64,000 nt of DNA from positions 69,130,001-69,194,000 of the forward strand of contig OX597814.1 of NCBI GenBank assembly GCA_951406725.2, in the 5' to 3' direction. The notes beneath the pieces are model-generated. The model did no database searches and was not told the origin of the DNA. It saw only the letters and a program-made list of their open reading frames with translations. Shown piece after piece: positions 53,001 through 64,000 of the stretch (the stretch's first letter is position 1; each line of letters starts with the position of its first letter). This DNA comes from Octopus vulgaris. Lineage: Eukaryota. A program made the translations under genes and the position numbers.

Positions 53001-53314
53001 GTATATATATATGTATATATATATGTGTGTGTGTGTATGTATGTGTGTATGTATATGTGTGTGTGTGTATATATATACATATGTGTATATGTATAAGTGA
53101 GAATCTCCTTATTTACCTAAAACTCTATTCTTCTATTTATTTTTTTATTATTTTTTTATTCTTTTATTTATTCTTTTATCTAATTTACCACTGACTCCTT
53201 GACCACTCCCCCAAGTATGATATTTTTGCGCTATGCCTACCCCCAAAAAGTCCCCCACCACCACCCCTTTAAACCTGCCTAAATTTATAAATGCCAATAC
53301 AATTCTTGTTAACT

Positions 53315-53365
53315 AGCTTCCTGATGATTTCTCTTGAATGAAACAGTTCTAGTCCTGTAGAAGCT
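53315..53365 (+). ncRNA. Type I hammerhead ribozyme motif (copy 3)
   Basis: Stem I AGCTTC/GAAGCT, core CTGATGA and GAAA, stem III ACAG/CTGT, predicted GUA cleavage after 53359. Confidence 0.8.
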
Positions 53366-53377
53366 CCTTCTATATAA

Positions 53378-53418
<41 letters not shown>

Positions 53419-53499
53419 ATGTGGGTATGTAGAGATACGTATGTGCATGTATGTGTGTATATATGCATATGTGTAGATAGGTGTATATATATATGTATG

Positions 53500-53538
<39 letters not shown>

Positions 53539-53843
53539 GTGTATATGTATATATATGTATGTTTATATGAATGTTTCCGTCTGTATAAAGGGTAACTGCA
53601 TGTATATATACTTATTATTTATTATTTATTACTTATTACTTATTATTTATTACTTGAGCATGCGTTTGTATGCATGTATGTATTTATGTATATAAGGTGG
53701 CGCGTGAGTGTGTGTATGTGTATGCACTTGTATAGAAATATGTATACATTTATGCATGTATGTACTTATGTGTACATGCGTGTATATATGTGTGTGTATG
53801 TGTATGTGTGTGTGTATGAGTATGTATGTATGTATACACAAAT

Positions 53844-53879
<36 letters not shown>

Positions 53880-54096
53880 ATATATGTATATGTATGTGTG
53901 TGTGTATGTGTGTATATGTATGTATATATATATGTGTGTATGTGTATGTGTGTGTATATATATATATATATATATGTGAATGTATGTGTATATGTATATA
54001 TATATATATATATATATGTGTAAGTGTGTGTATATATGTATGTGTAAGTGTGTATATGTTTGCTTGTATGTATATGTATATATGTGTATGTGTGTG

Positions 54097-54139
<43 letters not shown>

Positions 54140-54591
54140 GTATATGTATATGTATGTATATGTGTATATGTACATATACGTGTATGCTCGTGTGTTTATG
54201 TATATGTAGGTATGTAGAGTTATGTATGTATGTATGTATATATACATATGTGTAAATAGGTATATATGTGTAAGTTTATATGTATGTATCCATCTATATA
54301 ATAGGTAACTGCACGTATATATATTTAATATTTATTATTTATTTTTTGAGTATGCATGTATGTATATGAATAACTGCACGTATATATATTATATTATTTA
54401 TTTTTTGAGTATGCATGTAAGTATATGAACATAAGGAGGCGCGTGTGTGTGTGTGTATGTGTAAGCATATGTATAAATATATGTATACTTTTACGCATGT
54501 GTGTACTTATGTGTATATATGGATGCGCGTGTGTGTGTGTGTGTATGTGTACGCATGTATATGTGTATATGTGTGTGTGTATTTATGTATG

Positions 54592-54634
<43 letters not shown>

Positions 54635-55532
54635 GTATGTATGTGTGTATATATATGTATATGTATATGTGTGGGTGTGTGTATGTGTATATATGTATGT
54701 ATGTATAGGTGTATGTATATGTATGTATATATACGTATATATATGTGTATGTGTATGTATGTGTATGTAAGTGTATATGTATATGTGTATATATATTTAT
54801 TGGCGTATATGTATGGACTAGTCTTCTGTGGGTGATTTGAGGTATGTATGTGTAAGCGTGTAGACATGAATCTGTAGGTACGCGTATGTATGTGTATATA
54901 TGTGAATGTATGTAGATGTATGTATGTATGAATATAACGCGTGCGTGCGTGTATGTGTATGAGTGTACGAATGAGTGTGTGTGCGTGCGAATGAGTGTGC
55001 GTGCGTGAGTGAGTGCTTGTGTTCGAGTAGAAAGATAAATGGACTTGCTGTCGTCCCCAGGGGGACGATAGCCAAGATGCTTGTGACCGCGGTCAAAGAT
55101 AACAAAAGTAATAAATGAAAATAATAATAAAATTAAAATAAGGGAATGGGTTTGTATGTGTATGTATATGTGTGTATGTGTAGGTATGTATAGGTACACA
55201 TATGTATGTATATATATATATATGTGTATATATGGACATGTGTGTGCATGTGTGTATGTATATATGTGTGTGTATGTGTGTATGGGTATGTGTGTGTATG
55301 TATATATTTGTATGTATGTATATGTATGTGTGGGCGTGTGTGTATATATACATGTAGACCCCTCCCACGCACTTTTAGCTGGTCCCTCAACCCTATTATC
55401 TCCCCTTATTTCGCTCTCGCGTCTCATGTTTGATCTTTGACCTCTGGCCGAAATCAGATCGCCATGTTGATTCGTTAGCTACTGCACGCATTTTTTTCTC
55501 TCCTTCTTTCTGTGTTTTTCTCTCTCTGTGTA

Positions 55533-55570
55533 TCTTTCTGTTGAAGAGCGTAGGCTCGAAACGTTAAAGA
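55533..55570 (+). ncRNA. Minimal hammerhead-like motif in a PLE-type insert (~55357-55669)
   Basis: TCTTT..TTGAAGA-gcgtaggctc-GAAACGTT-AAAGA; palindromic minimal stem III, variant core. Confidence 0.55.
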
Positions 55571-55667
55571 CTTGTTTTATTTATATTTCCTGAGCGCCAT
55601 ACTAATACAATTGTTCGTTTGTTTTCCACCTGCCTTCGTCTTTTGTTTATTTTCATAAAGCTTCCCG

Positions 55668-55714
<47 letters not shown>

Positions 55715-56007
55715 CGTATATGTGTGTATGTATATGTGTGTGTGTGTGTGTATATATATATACATATGTGTATATGTATAAGTGAGAGTCTCCTTATTTA
55801 CCTAAAACTCTATTCTTCTATTTATTTTTTTTATTTTATTTTTTTTATTTTATTCTTTTATTTATTATTTTATCTACTATACCACTGACTCCTTGACCAC
55901 TCCCCTAAGTATGATACTTTTGCGCTATGCCTACCCCCAAAAGTCCCCCACTACAACCCCTTTAAACCTGCCTAAATGTATAAATGCCAAAACAATTCTT
56001 GTTAACT

Positions 56008-56058
56008 AGCTTCCTGATGATTTCTCTTGAATGAAACAGTTCTAGTCCTGTAGAAGCT
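56008..56058 (+). ncRNA. Type I hammerhead ribozyme motif (copy 4)
   Basis: Identical to copy 3; predicted cleavage after 56052. Confidence 0.8.
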
Positions 56059-56141
56059 CCTACTATATAATAAATTAATTTTACTCTGCTATGTATTGAG
56101 TACCTTATTTACTGTGGTTAACCCCGAATCAACCCGGGACC

Positions 56142-56187
<46 letters not shown>

Positions 56188-56260
56188 AACATATGGTAAA
56201 ACCATATAACTGGAGGAGAGCTTACTCTACAGGTAGAGAAGTGGGTAAATATAAATAGAT

Positions 56261-56442
56261 ATCGTAACGATACCAGCTACCAAATGGTTTCACGGCGAAT
56301 TGGGGCCCCGAGTGACCTTAGTAAAGTCATAGGGGAGAATCCCAGCCGATAATCGGCTCAGGATTCTCCCCAATGACTTTACTAATGCCACCCGGGGCCC
56401 CAATTCGCCGTGAAACCATTTCGTAGCTCGTATCATTACGAT
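56261..56442. repeat. 182-bp near-perfect palindrome (foldback/MITE-like)
   Basis: Arms AAATGGTTTCACGGCGAATTGGGGCCCCG / CGGGGCCCCAATTCGCCGTGAAACCATTT; centre AGCCGAT-A-ATCGGCT. Confidence 0.85.
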
Positions 56443-56451
56443 TTTTTATTT

Positions 56452-56673
56452 TTTTATTTCATCTAGTTTCTGCTCACGAGCTGTGGCCATGCTGGGGCAC
56501 CGCCATTTTTTAAAAGTTGCCAGCAGATGGTTATGGCATTCGAACCCAAACAACTCGATTTTTTTTTTTTTTATTTCATCTAGTTTCAGCTCACGAGCTG
56601 TGGCCATGCTGAGGCACCGCCATTTTTAAAAAGTTGCCAGCAGATGGTTATGGCATTCGAACCCAAACAACTC
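56452..56673. repeat. Tandem duplication (~117-bp period) of a SINE-like end
   Basis: TTTCATCTAGTTTC.GCTCACGAGCTGTGGCCATGCTG..GAACCCAAACAACTCG occurs twice. Confidence 0.8.
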
Positions 56674-56790
56674 GGATACTGGCTGAGTACTTTACCATTA
56701 AGCTAAATGACCCACGATGTCTCTTTATATTTTTATATATATATCGTATATTTATAAAGAGGGCAAATTTAGATTGAAAAAAAGATGAAC

Positions 56791-56835
56791 AACATTAATC
56801 GATTTTCGAACCTTATTGGGTTCTCATCAGAGGCG
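56791..56835 (-). ncRNA. Hammerhead-like motif, stem I degenerate
   Basis: CTGATGA-GAACC caataa GGTTC-GAAA-ATCGATTA on the minus strand. Confidence 0.5.
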
Positions 56836-58539
56836 TAGTGGTTCAAACATGAAAAATAGAACTCATGTTGAGTCAGACTCAAATAATAAGTATAGATTTA
56901 TTAATCGGCGAAAGTTACATAGTGACTGAAGGTTCGAGAGTTTCATGCAGAGGCACTTATCAAACTAATTAAAACAATGTTTTCTATATAAAACGAAAAA
57001 GCAGGACAGTATCGGAAACAAATATGATGCAGATACTATTTTATATACATGCAGGAAGACTTTTGATTGATAATACGACAGAATTAAGGCAAGATAAAAA
57101 CATGAAAGTCGTCAATATATAAGGCATTCTGCCTAAACTACGTGTTTAAGATATGATTTGTTAGTAGTAACGCTAAAAGTAAACTATTTCCTAAGGAACT
57201 CAAGAGAAGGATAAAAAGAGCAGATAAAGAGGAATAAAGACAAAAGGAAAGTAAGGACTGAATGAAAAATGAAAAGGGGAATCAATGCTGAAGTGAATGC
57301 TAGGCTGGAGTTGAAAAAAAAGGCACTTAGCCAGGCAGTGGTCAAGCAGATAATGGTATGGGATATTGAATGGTTGTTTTGCACCAAAAAGGTGGATGGG
57401 GGGGGGATCCACTGACCTGGGAGTGCAGGTAGAAAGAAAGAGGAAGTGTAGAAAAAGAAGGCAATAAAGATAGATAGGAGGTGGTTATGAAAGGTAGTAA
57501 AGAGAGAAAAGAAGAAATAGATAGGGAATGTTTTACAAAGAAGAGGATAGGAAAGGTTAGAAAATGCAGACAATGTCCACCAAATGTTGAAAGCTGTGTG
57601 GGGTACCACTGAGTAAGAATAGAAGCGGATGTGTGGCTTTACAAATTTATTTCGTAATTTCGGTTTGCAATTATTTATAGTTAAATGTTTCCTTTCAAAG
57701 TTTTTACTTTCAAACAATTTTTTCATGCACATTTTGGATCTAACAACCTATATGAGAAAATCGCTTTGACTGAAAGAATTTTGAAAGGGTTTTTTTAGAC
57801 TGGGGTCAAACGGTCGAATCCATTCAACCATGTTTTAAGTCTTTAGCAACACCAATTACAAAAAACTTGGGAGTAGTAACTTCAGATGGAGAGAAGTATT
57901 TGACTGACAGAAAGAGAGATTTACACATTTTAACTGGGTGGAAGCTGTCTTCAATAATTCAAGTAATGCTATGTATTCAAAATTAGCCATACATGCTGGT
58001 TTTGTTGTTGTTATTGTTGCTGCTACTGTTGTTATTGTCACATATTTTTTTTTTGTATTTTGACACTACTTTCCTTCAGAAGTCAGTGGTCATAATTTAC
58101 CTAGGGAATTTTATGCCAGCTTCATCACTTTTATTTATTATTATTTTTTTTCTTTGTTTTGAGACAAGATCGAACTTAAGCATTTTATACCGATAAATTT
58201 TAGACACTTTTTTCTGAAACTGGTAAGATTATGTAGGGGGTGCACCCCCTGAGAATTCTAGGGGTGCAGGTGCAGCGGATCTTTTCATTTGTGAAGCCAG
58301 TTTTTCCAAATTTTTCCTACTGAACCAAACAATTTGAAACTTCGTATACTGGTAGAATGTGTCAAAAGTAAACTTAATTGTAAACCAGAATGAAAACGGA
58401 ATTGTAACTTCTAAGTTTAACATTGTTTAATAATTAGAATTTTAACCAATGGTATTCCGTCTTTCGGCTTCATATTATTTACTCTGTCTCGACCACCAAT
58501 TTGGTGACGTAGTAAACATATGGTATGTAAACAAATGTA

Positions 58540-58657
58540 AACAGTAAACAAATGTAAACAAAACAATAACGATGAAATTTTTTACTCGGTGTATGTGTAT
58601 ATGTATGAATGTATGTATGTATGAATGTATGTATGTATGTGTGTATGTATCTATGTA

Positions 58658-58694
<37 letters not shown>

Positions 58695-59633
58695 ATGTAT
58701 GGCCGATTCGGTGTTTAGTTTTTTCGAGTGAATACTCGGTGTATGTGTATCTGTATGCATGTGTGTGCATGTGTGTGTGTGTGTATGTATCTATGTATGT
58801 GTGTGTGTGTGTATGTATGTGTGTGTGTATGTATGTGTGTATGTATGGCCGATTCAGTGTTTAGTTTTTTCGAGTGAATGCTCGGTGTATGTGTATCTGT
58901 ATGTATGTGTGTGTGTATGTATCTATGTATGTATGTGTGTGTATGTATGTGTGTGTGTATGTATCTATTATGTATGTGTATGTATGTATGTGTGTGTGTG
59001 TGTGTGTGTCACACATGTATGTATGGCCGATTCAGCGTTTAGTTTTTTCGAGTGAATACTCAGTGTATGTGTATCTGTATGTATGTGTGTGTGTGTGTAT
59101 GTATCTATGTATGGCCGATTCGGTGTTTAGTTTTTCGAGTGAATACTCGGTGTATGTGTATCTGTATGTATGTGTGTGCATGTGTGTGTGTGTACGTATC
59201 TATGTATGTGTGTGTGTGTATGTATGTGTGTGTGTGTATGTATGTATGTATGTATGGCCGATTCAGTGTTTAGTTTTTTCGAGTGAATACTCGGTGTATG
59301 TGTATCTGTATGTATGTGTGTGTGTATGTATCTATGTATGTATGTGTATGTATGTATGTGTGTGTGTGTATGTATCTATGTATGTATGTGTGTGTATGTA
59401 TGTGTGTGTGTGTGTGTATCTATGTGTGTGTGTGTGTGTGTCACACATGTATGTATGGCCGATTCAGTGTTTAGTTTTTTCGAGTGAATACTCGGTGTAT
59501 GTGTATCTGTATGTATGTGTGTGTGTATATGTATCTATGTATGGCCGATTCGGTGTTTAGTTTTTTCGAGTGAATACTCGGTGTATGTGTATCTGTATGT
59601 ATGTGTGTGCATGTGTGTGTGTGTATGTATCTA

Positions 59634-59673
<40 letters not shown>

Positions 59674-60325
59674 TGTATGTATGTGTGTGTGTGTATGTAT
59701 GTATGTATGTATGGCCGATTCAGTGTTTAGTTTTTTCGAGTGAATACTCGGTGTATATGTATCTGTATGTATGTGTGTGTGTATGTATCTATGTATGTAT
59801 GTGTGTGTATGTATGTGTGTGTATGTATCTATGTATGTATGTGTGTGTATGTATGTGTATGTGTGTGTGTGTGTGTATCTATGTGTGTGTGTGTCACACA
59901 TGTATGTATGGCCGATTCAGTGTTTAGTTTTTTTCGAGTGAATACTCGGTGTACGTGTATCTGTATGTATGTGTGTGTGTGTGTGTATGTATCTATGTAT
60001 GTATGTATGTATGTGTGTGTATGTATGTGTGTGTGTGTGTGTATCTATGTGTGTGTGTGTACGTCACACATGGGATGTGAAATGTAAACAAAACGATGAA
60101 ATTTTTTACTCGGTGTATGTATATATGTATGCATGTGTGTGTGTGTGTATGTATCTATGTATGTGTGTGTGTATGTATGTATGTGTGTGTATGTAACACA
60201 TGGGATGTGAAATGTAAACAAAACGATGAAATTTTTTACTCGGTGTATGTGTATATGTATGTATGTGTGTGTGTATGTATCTATGTATGTGTGTGTGTGT
60301 GTATGTGTGTGTATGTGTGTGTGTG

Positions 60326-60357
<32 letters not shown>

Positions 60358-60489
60358 TGTATGTATGTATGTATGTATGTATGGCCGATTCAGTGTTTAG
60401 TTTTTCAAGTGAAAACGATGAAATTTTTTACTCGGTGTATGTGTATATGTATGTATGTATGTGTGTGTGTGTATGTATCTATGTATGTA

Positions 60490-60520
<31 letters not shown>

Positions 60521-60841
60521 ATGGCTGATTCAGTGTTTACTTTATTTCGAGTTAAAACGAAAGATTACCCTTGCTATGTAGAAAATAATGAGGTTGACTC
60601 AATGGAATAATGACAGTGATCGAAGATATAAAGAAAATTTTTTTTGGTAATCTTTCGTTTTAACTCGAAATAAAGTAAACACAGAATCGGCCATACATAC
60701 ATACATACATACATACACACACACATACACACACACATACATACACACACACACATACATACACATACATACACACACACATACATGCATACATACATGC
60801 ATACATACATACATACATACATACATACATACATACATACA

Positions 60842-60873
<32 letters not shown>

Positions 60874-60880
60874 CACATAT
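58540..60880. repeat. Compound minisatellite: ~45-bp conserved core separated by variable (TG)/(TATG) tracts, ending in an inverted unit
   Basis: Core ATGGCCGATTC.GTGTTTAGTTTTTTCGAGTGAATACTCGGTGTA in about 9 full plus partial copies; inverted repeat 60521-60569 / 60647-60695. Confidence 0.85.
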
Positions 60881-60885
60881 ACATA

Positions 60886-62564
60886 ACCAAAGATATAGCA
60901 GAAAAGAAGTTTGCCAATGTCCAGCGACGTGAGGACCAAAGAACTGAGGTATTTCGTATTGCTAGACAGTGTGTCAGAGAAAATAGTGATGTTACAGGAG
61001 AGAAATGTGTCCGCATGGATGATGGGGCACTTGCTTTTAATGTTGGTGAAAAGAAAGAGGCTTGGAGAAGCCATTATGAAAGACTGTTGAATGTGGAGAA
61101 TGAATGGGAGGAGGAGAGCCTGCCAAATGTTGACCCAGTAGAGGGACCAGCTATCCAAATAGACAGCTCCCTTGTAGTTAAGGCAATTAAGGATATGAAA
61201 CCAGGTAAAGCCCCCGGCCCATCAGGTATCACTGCTGAGATGCTTAAAACAGCTGGTTATGCGGGCTATGGCCTAGTCACCCGTATTGTTAACCAGGTAG
61301 TTCATAATGGAGTCATACCCAATGACTGGCGTAGCAGCACCATAGTCAACTGCTACAAGGGTAAGGGTGATGCTCTAGATAGAAATAACTACAGGGGTAT
61401 TAAACTGTTGGATCAGGTGATGAAGGCCACAGAGAGGGTCATAACCCATCTCATTAGGGAGAGAATTTGCTTAGATGAGATGCAATTCGGTTTTGTGTCG
61501 GGTAGAAGCACCACTGATGCTAGATTCCTGGTCCGACAACTGCTGGAGAAATACCTAGCTAAAGATAAACCCCTCTACATAGCTTTTGTGGACTTGGAGA
61601 AAGCCTTTGACAGGGTTCCCCGATCCCTTATCTGGTGGTCGATGCGGAAACTGTTGATTGACGAATGGCTAATAAGGGCTGTACAGGCTCTATACAGAGA
61701 GGCTGTCAGCAAGGTTAGGATAGGCAACGAATATAGTGAAATATTCCGGGTAGAAGTAGGTGTACACCAGGGCTCAGCCCTCAGTCCCCTTTTATTCATC
61801 ATAGTCCTCCAGGCAATAACAGAGGAATTCAAAACAGGTTGCCCCTGGGAGCTCCTCTATGCTGATGACCTGGCCCTCATAGCAGAATCGCTACCGGAAC
61901 TAAAAAAGAAATTTCGGGTGTGGAAACAAGGGTTAGAATCAAAGGGCCTTAGAGTAAATGTAGCGAAGAACAAAGTTATAGTATGCAGAAAGGCGAACTC
62001 AGCACACACCCCATCGGGCAGGTGGCCCTGCTCGAGCTGTAGGAAAGGTGTAGGTAGAAACTCCATAACATGCACCCAATGTAAGCTATGGACGCACAAG
62101 AGGTGCAGCAACATTAAAGGGAAATTAACAGATAAGATAGCTTTCATGTGCGGCAGATGCACAGGGACAATAGACACCACAGACACTCAGAAAACAGATT
62201 CCATCACACTCCAGGGAGAGAAACTAGAAGTAGTTGATAGTTTCCGCTACCTGGGTGACCAAGTTAGTAGTGGGGGTGGATGCTCAGAGAGTGTCACCAC
62301 TAGAACACGAATAGCCTGGGCAAAGTTTAGAAAGCTCCTACCCCTACTGGTGACAAAGGGTCTCTCACTCAGAGTGAAAGGTAGATTGTATGATGCATGT
62401 GTGTGAACTGCCATGCTTCACGGCAGTGAAACATGGGCCGTGACTGCAGAGGACATGCGTAGACTTGACAGAAATGAAGCTAGCATGATCCGCTGGATGT
62501 GTAATGTCAGTGTGAATGCACGACAGAGTGTAAGCACCCTGAGAGAAATGCTAGGCATAAGAAT
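60886..62564 (+). mobile_element. RTE-clade LINE, 5'-truncated, with a PHD finger after the RT core
   Basis: ORF 61015-62406: GKAPGPSG, YRGIKLL, FVDLEKAFDRVP, GVHQGSALSP, YADD, C4HC3 finger (CSSC..CTQC..HKRC..CGRC), FRYLG; then LHGSETW after a stop. Confidence 0.9.
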
Positions 62565-64000
62565 CCATGGCTTCCCTAAATCGCAACTCTGTGCCACGGG
62601 AGAGTTTTAGCCTCCGCGATGATGGGCAGATCTGGACATTCGTCAAGTCTGGTGAGTCGTGGATAATGGATGCCAGTTGGACTGAGCAGACTACACCCAC
62701 AACAACAACTGGCAATGCAAAAATCTTGGGGAAACTAACCAAGAACAATCAGCCATCCCCTGTATATCATCATCTGAAATCCAGATATAAACTGCTGTCC
62801 TTGAATGCCCGTAGTTTATGCAACAAGGTGCATCTTTTTGTCTCCTACGTCAAAAGTATCAACCCATATTTCATCACAGTCACGGAAACGTGGGCACACT
62901 CTGCACTCTGTGATGGAGGTTTCAGCATAGCCGGCTACAACCTGTTCCGCAAAGACCGCATTAATCGCCGTGGAGGGGGTGTGATGATTTATGTTCGATC
63001 AAGTCTATCGGCAATCCCCTGTGATGATTTGAACCAATCTCAGCAGGAGGTATTTTTCTGCAATGTACACATGACCATGTCAACACTTCTGCTCGGAGTC
63101 GTTTACCGTCCTCCAAATTATCGCCAAGACACACAGCTTTTTGATCTCCTCAGGGCGGCTGCCATGAAAACAGCCACATATGTGTATGTTGCGGGGGACT
63201 TCAATTTCCCTGAGATTGACTGGGAGGCCTTCCGTTGGCCGCAAAGTGCAGACGAATTGGTCCCAAGTTGTTACCTCCCCCACAAGGGGTAACAACACTT
63301 TGGATCTGCTACTAACCGCTTCTCCTGAAACAATCATTAGTGTCGCTACCGAAGAACCTTTGGGTGACTCTGATCATTCCATGATCATGGCCGACTTGTC
63401 TCTGATTGGTTGTAACAAAAAACACAACCATCTTCAGATTGCCCGCTTTGACTGGAATAAAGCAAACTGGAGCTCTTATTGTACTGAGCTGCAACGCCCA
63501 AACTGGCGCGAATTTTATGCCTCTGGAGATGTGGACACTATACTCCAGAACATTCTGAATTCAATATGGGCAGCATGTGCAGCATCAGTACCACGCAAGC
63601 ACAAAAAACTACCCAATAGTGCAATTTGGGAGACTGCAGCAGTCCGACTTGCCAGGAAAGAACGCCGTAATGCTGAACGGGAATACAAATTGCATAAATC
63701 AGAGAGCAACAGGAAAAAGCGCAATAGGTCAGCCAACCAACTCAAGCAGGTGACAAAAAAGGCAGTGCTTGAATTTGAACAACGCATTGCAGCTAACCCT
63801 GACAGCAAAGGGTTCTGGAAGTATGTGCACTCAAAGCAGAGACCCCACTCTCCTGTTGGTCCCCTTCGCAATCCCCACACAGGACAGATTACTGGCAATC
63901 CCGAAGAATGTGCAGAAATCATTGCTGGATGCTATGCCGGCATCTTTACTGTCGAAGACCAAAATGTTCCATCATCATCACCACTGACATTGGACTCTAT
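62565..64000 (+). mobile_element. CR1-like LINE (APE endonuclease and linker), frameshifted, runs off the window
   Basis: SLNARSL, VTETW, RKDR..GGGV, VYRPP, GDFNFPEIDW, LDLLL, LGDSDH, FWKYV. Confidence 0.85.

Noticed and set aside
58540-60570. CRISPR-like repeat-spacer array
   Set aside because: Eukaryotic context, spacers are related microsatellites rather than unique sequences, and there are no cas genes.

Overview
AT-rich, microsatellite-dense animal genomic DNA, most likely an octopus (inferred from a typical octopus tRNA-derived SINE at 16261-16478). The only clear host coding sequence is the terminal exon of an axonemal outer-arm dynein beta heavy chain gene (DNAH9/17-like, minus strand, 40218-40835). 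I found no upstream exon, so everything to its right appears to be an intron of at least 23 kb. The rest is mostly transposon-derived. (1) Three R4/Dong-like fragments sit at (TAA)n. (2) Three head-to-tail, near full-length Tx1-clade LINEs split one (GATA)n array into four pieces. (3) A Helitron relic and a HERO-like fragment with a TSD follow. (4) A two-LTR Gypsy-type element has a primer-binding site complementary to the 5' end, not the 3' end, of tRNA-Phe. (5) There are Penelope-like, mariner, piggyBac, RTE and CR1 relics. (6) A ~7.1 kb mirror-symmetric block carries four identical hammerhead ribozymes in LTR-like repeats. The strongest leads are the 5'-tRNA-Phe PBS, the GATA-targeting Tx1 lineage whose 3' tail is shared with the SINE, and the retrozyme-like hammerhead palindrome. 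All calls were made by eye without database searches, and the boundaries of degraded elements are approximate.
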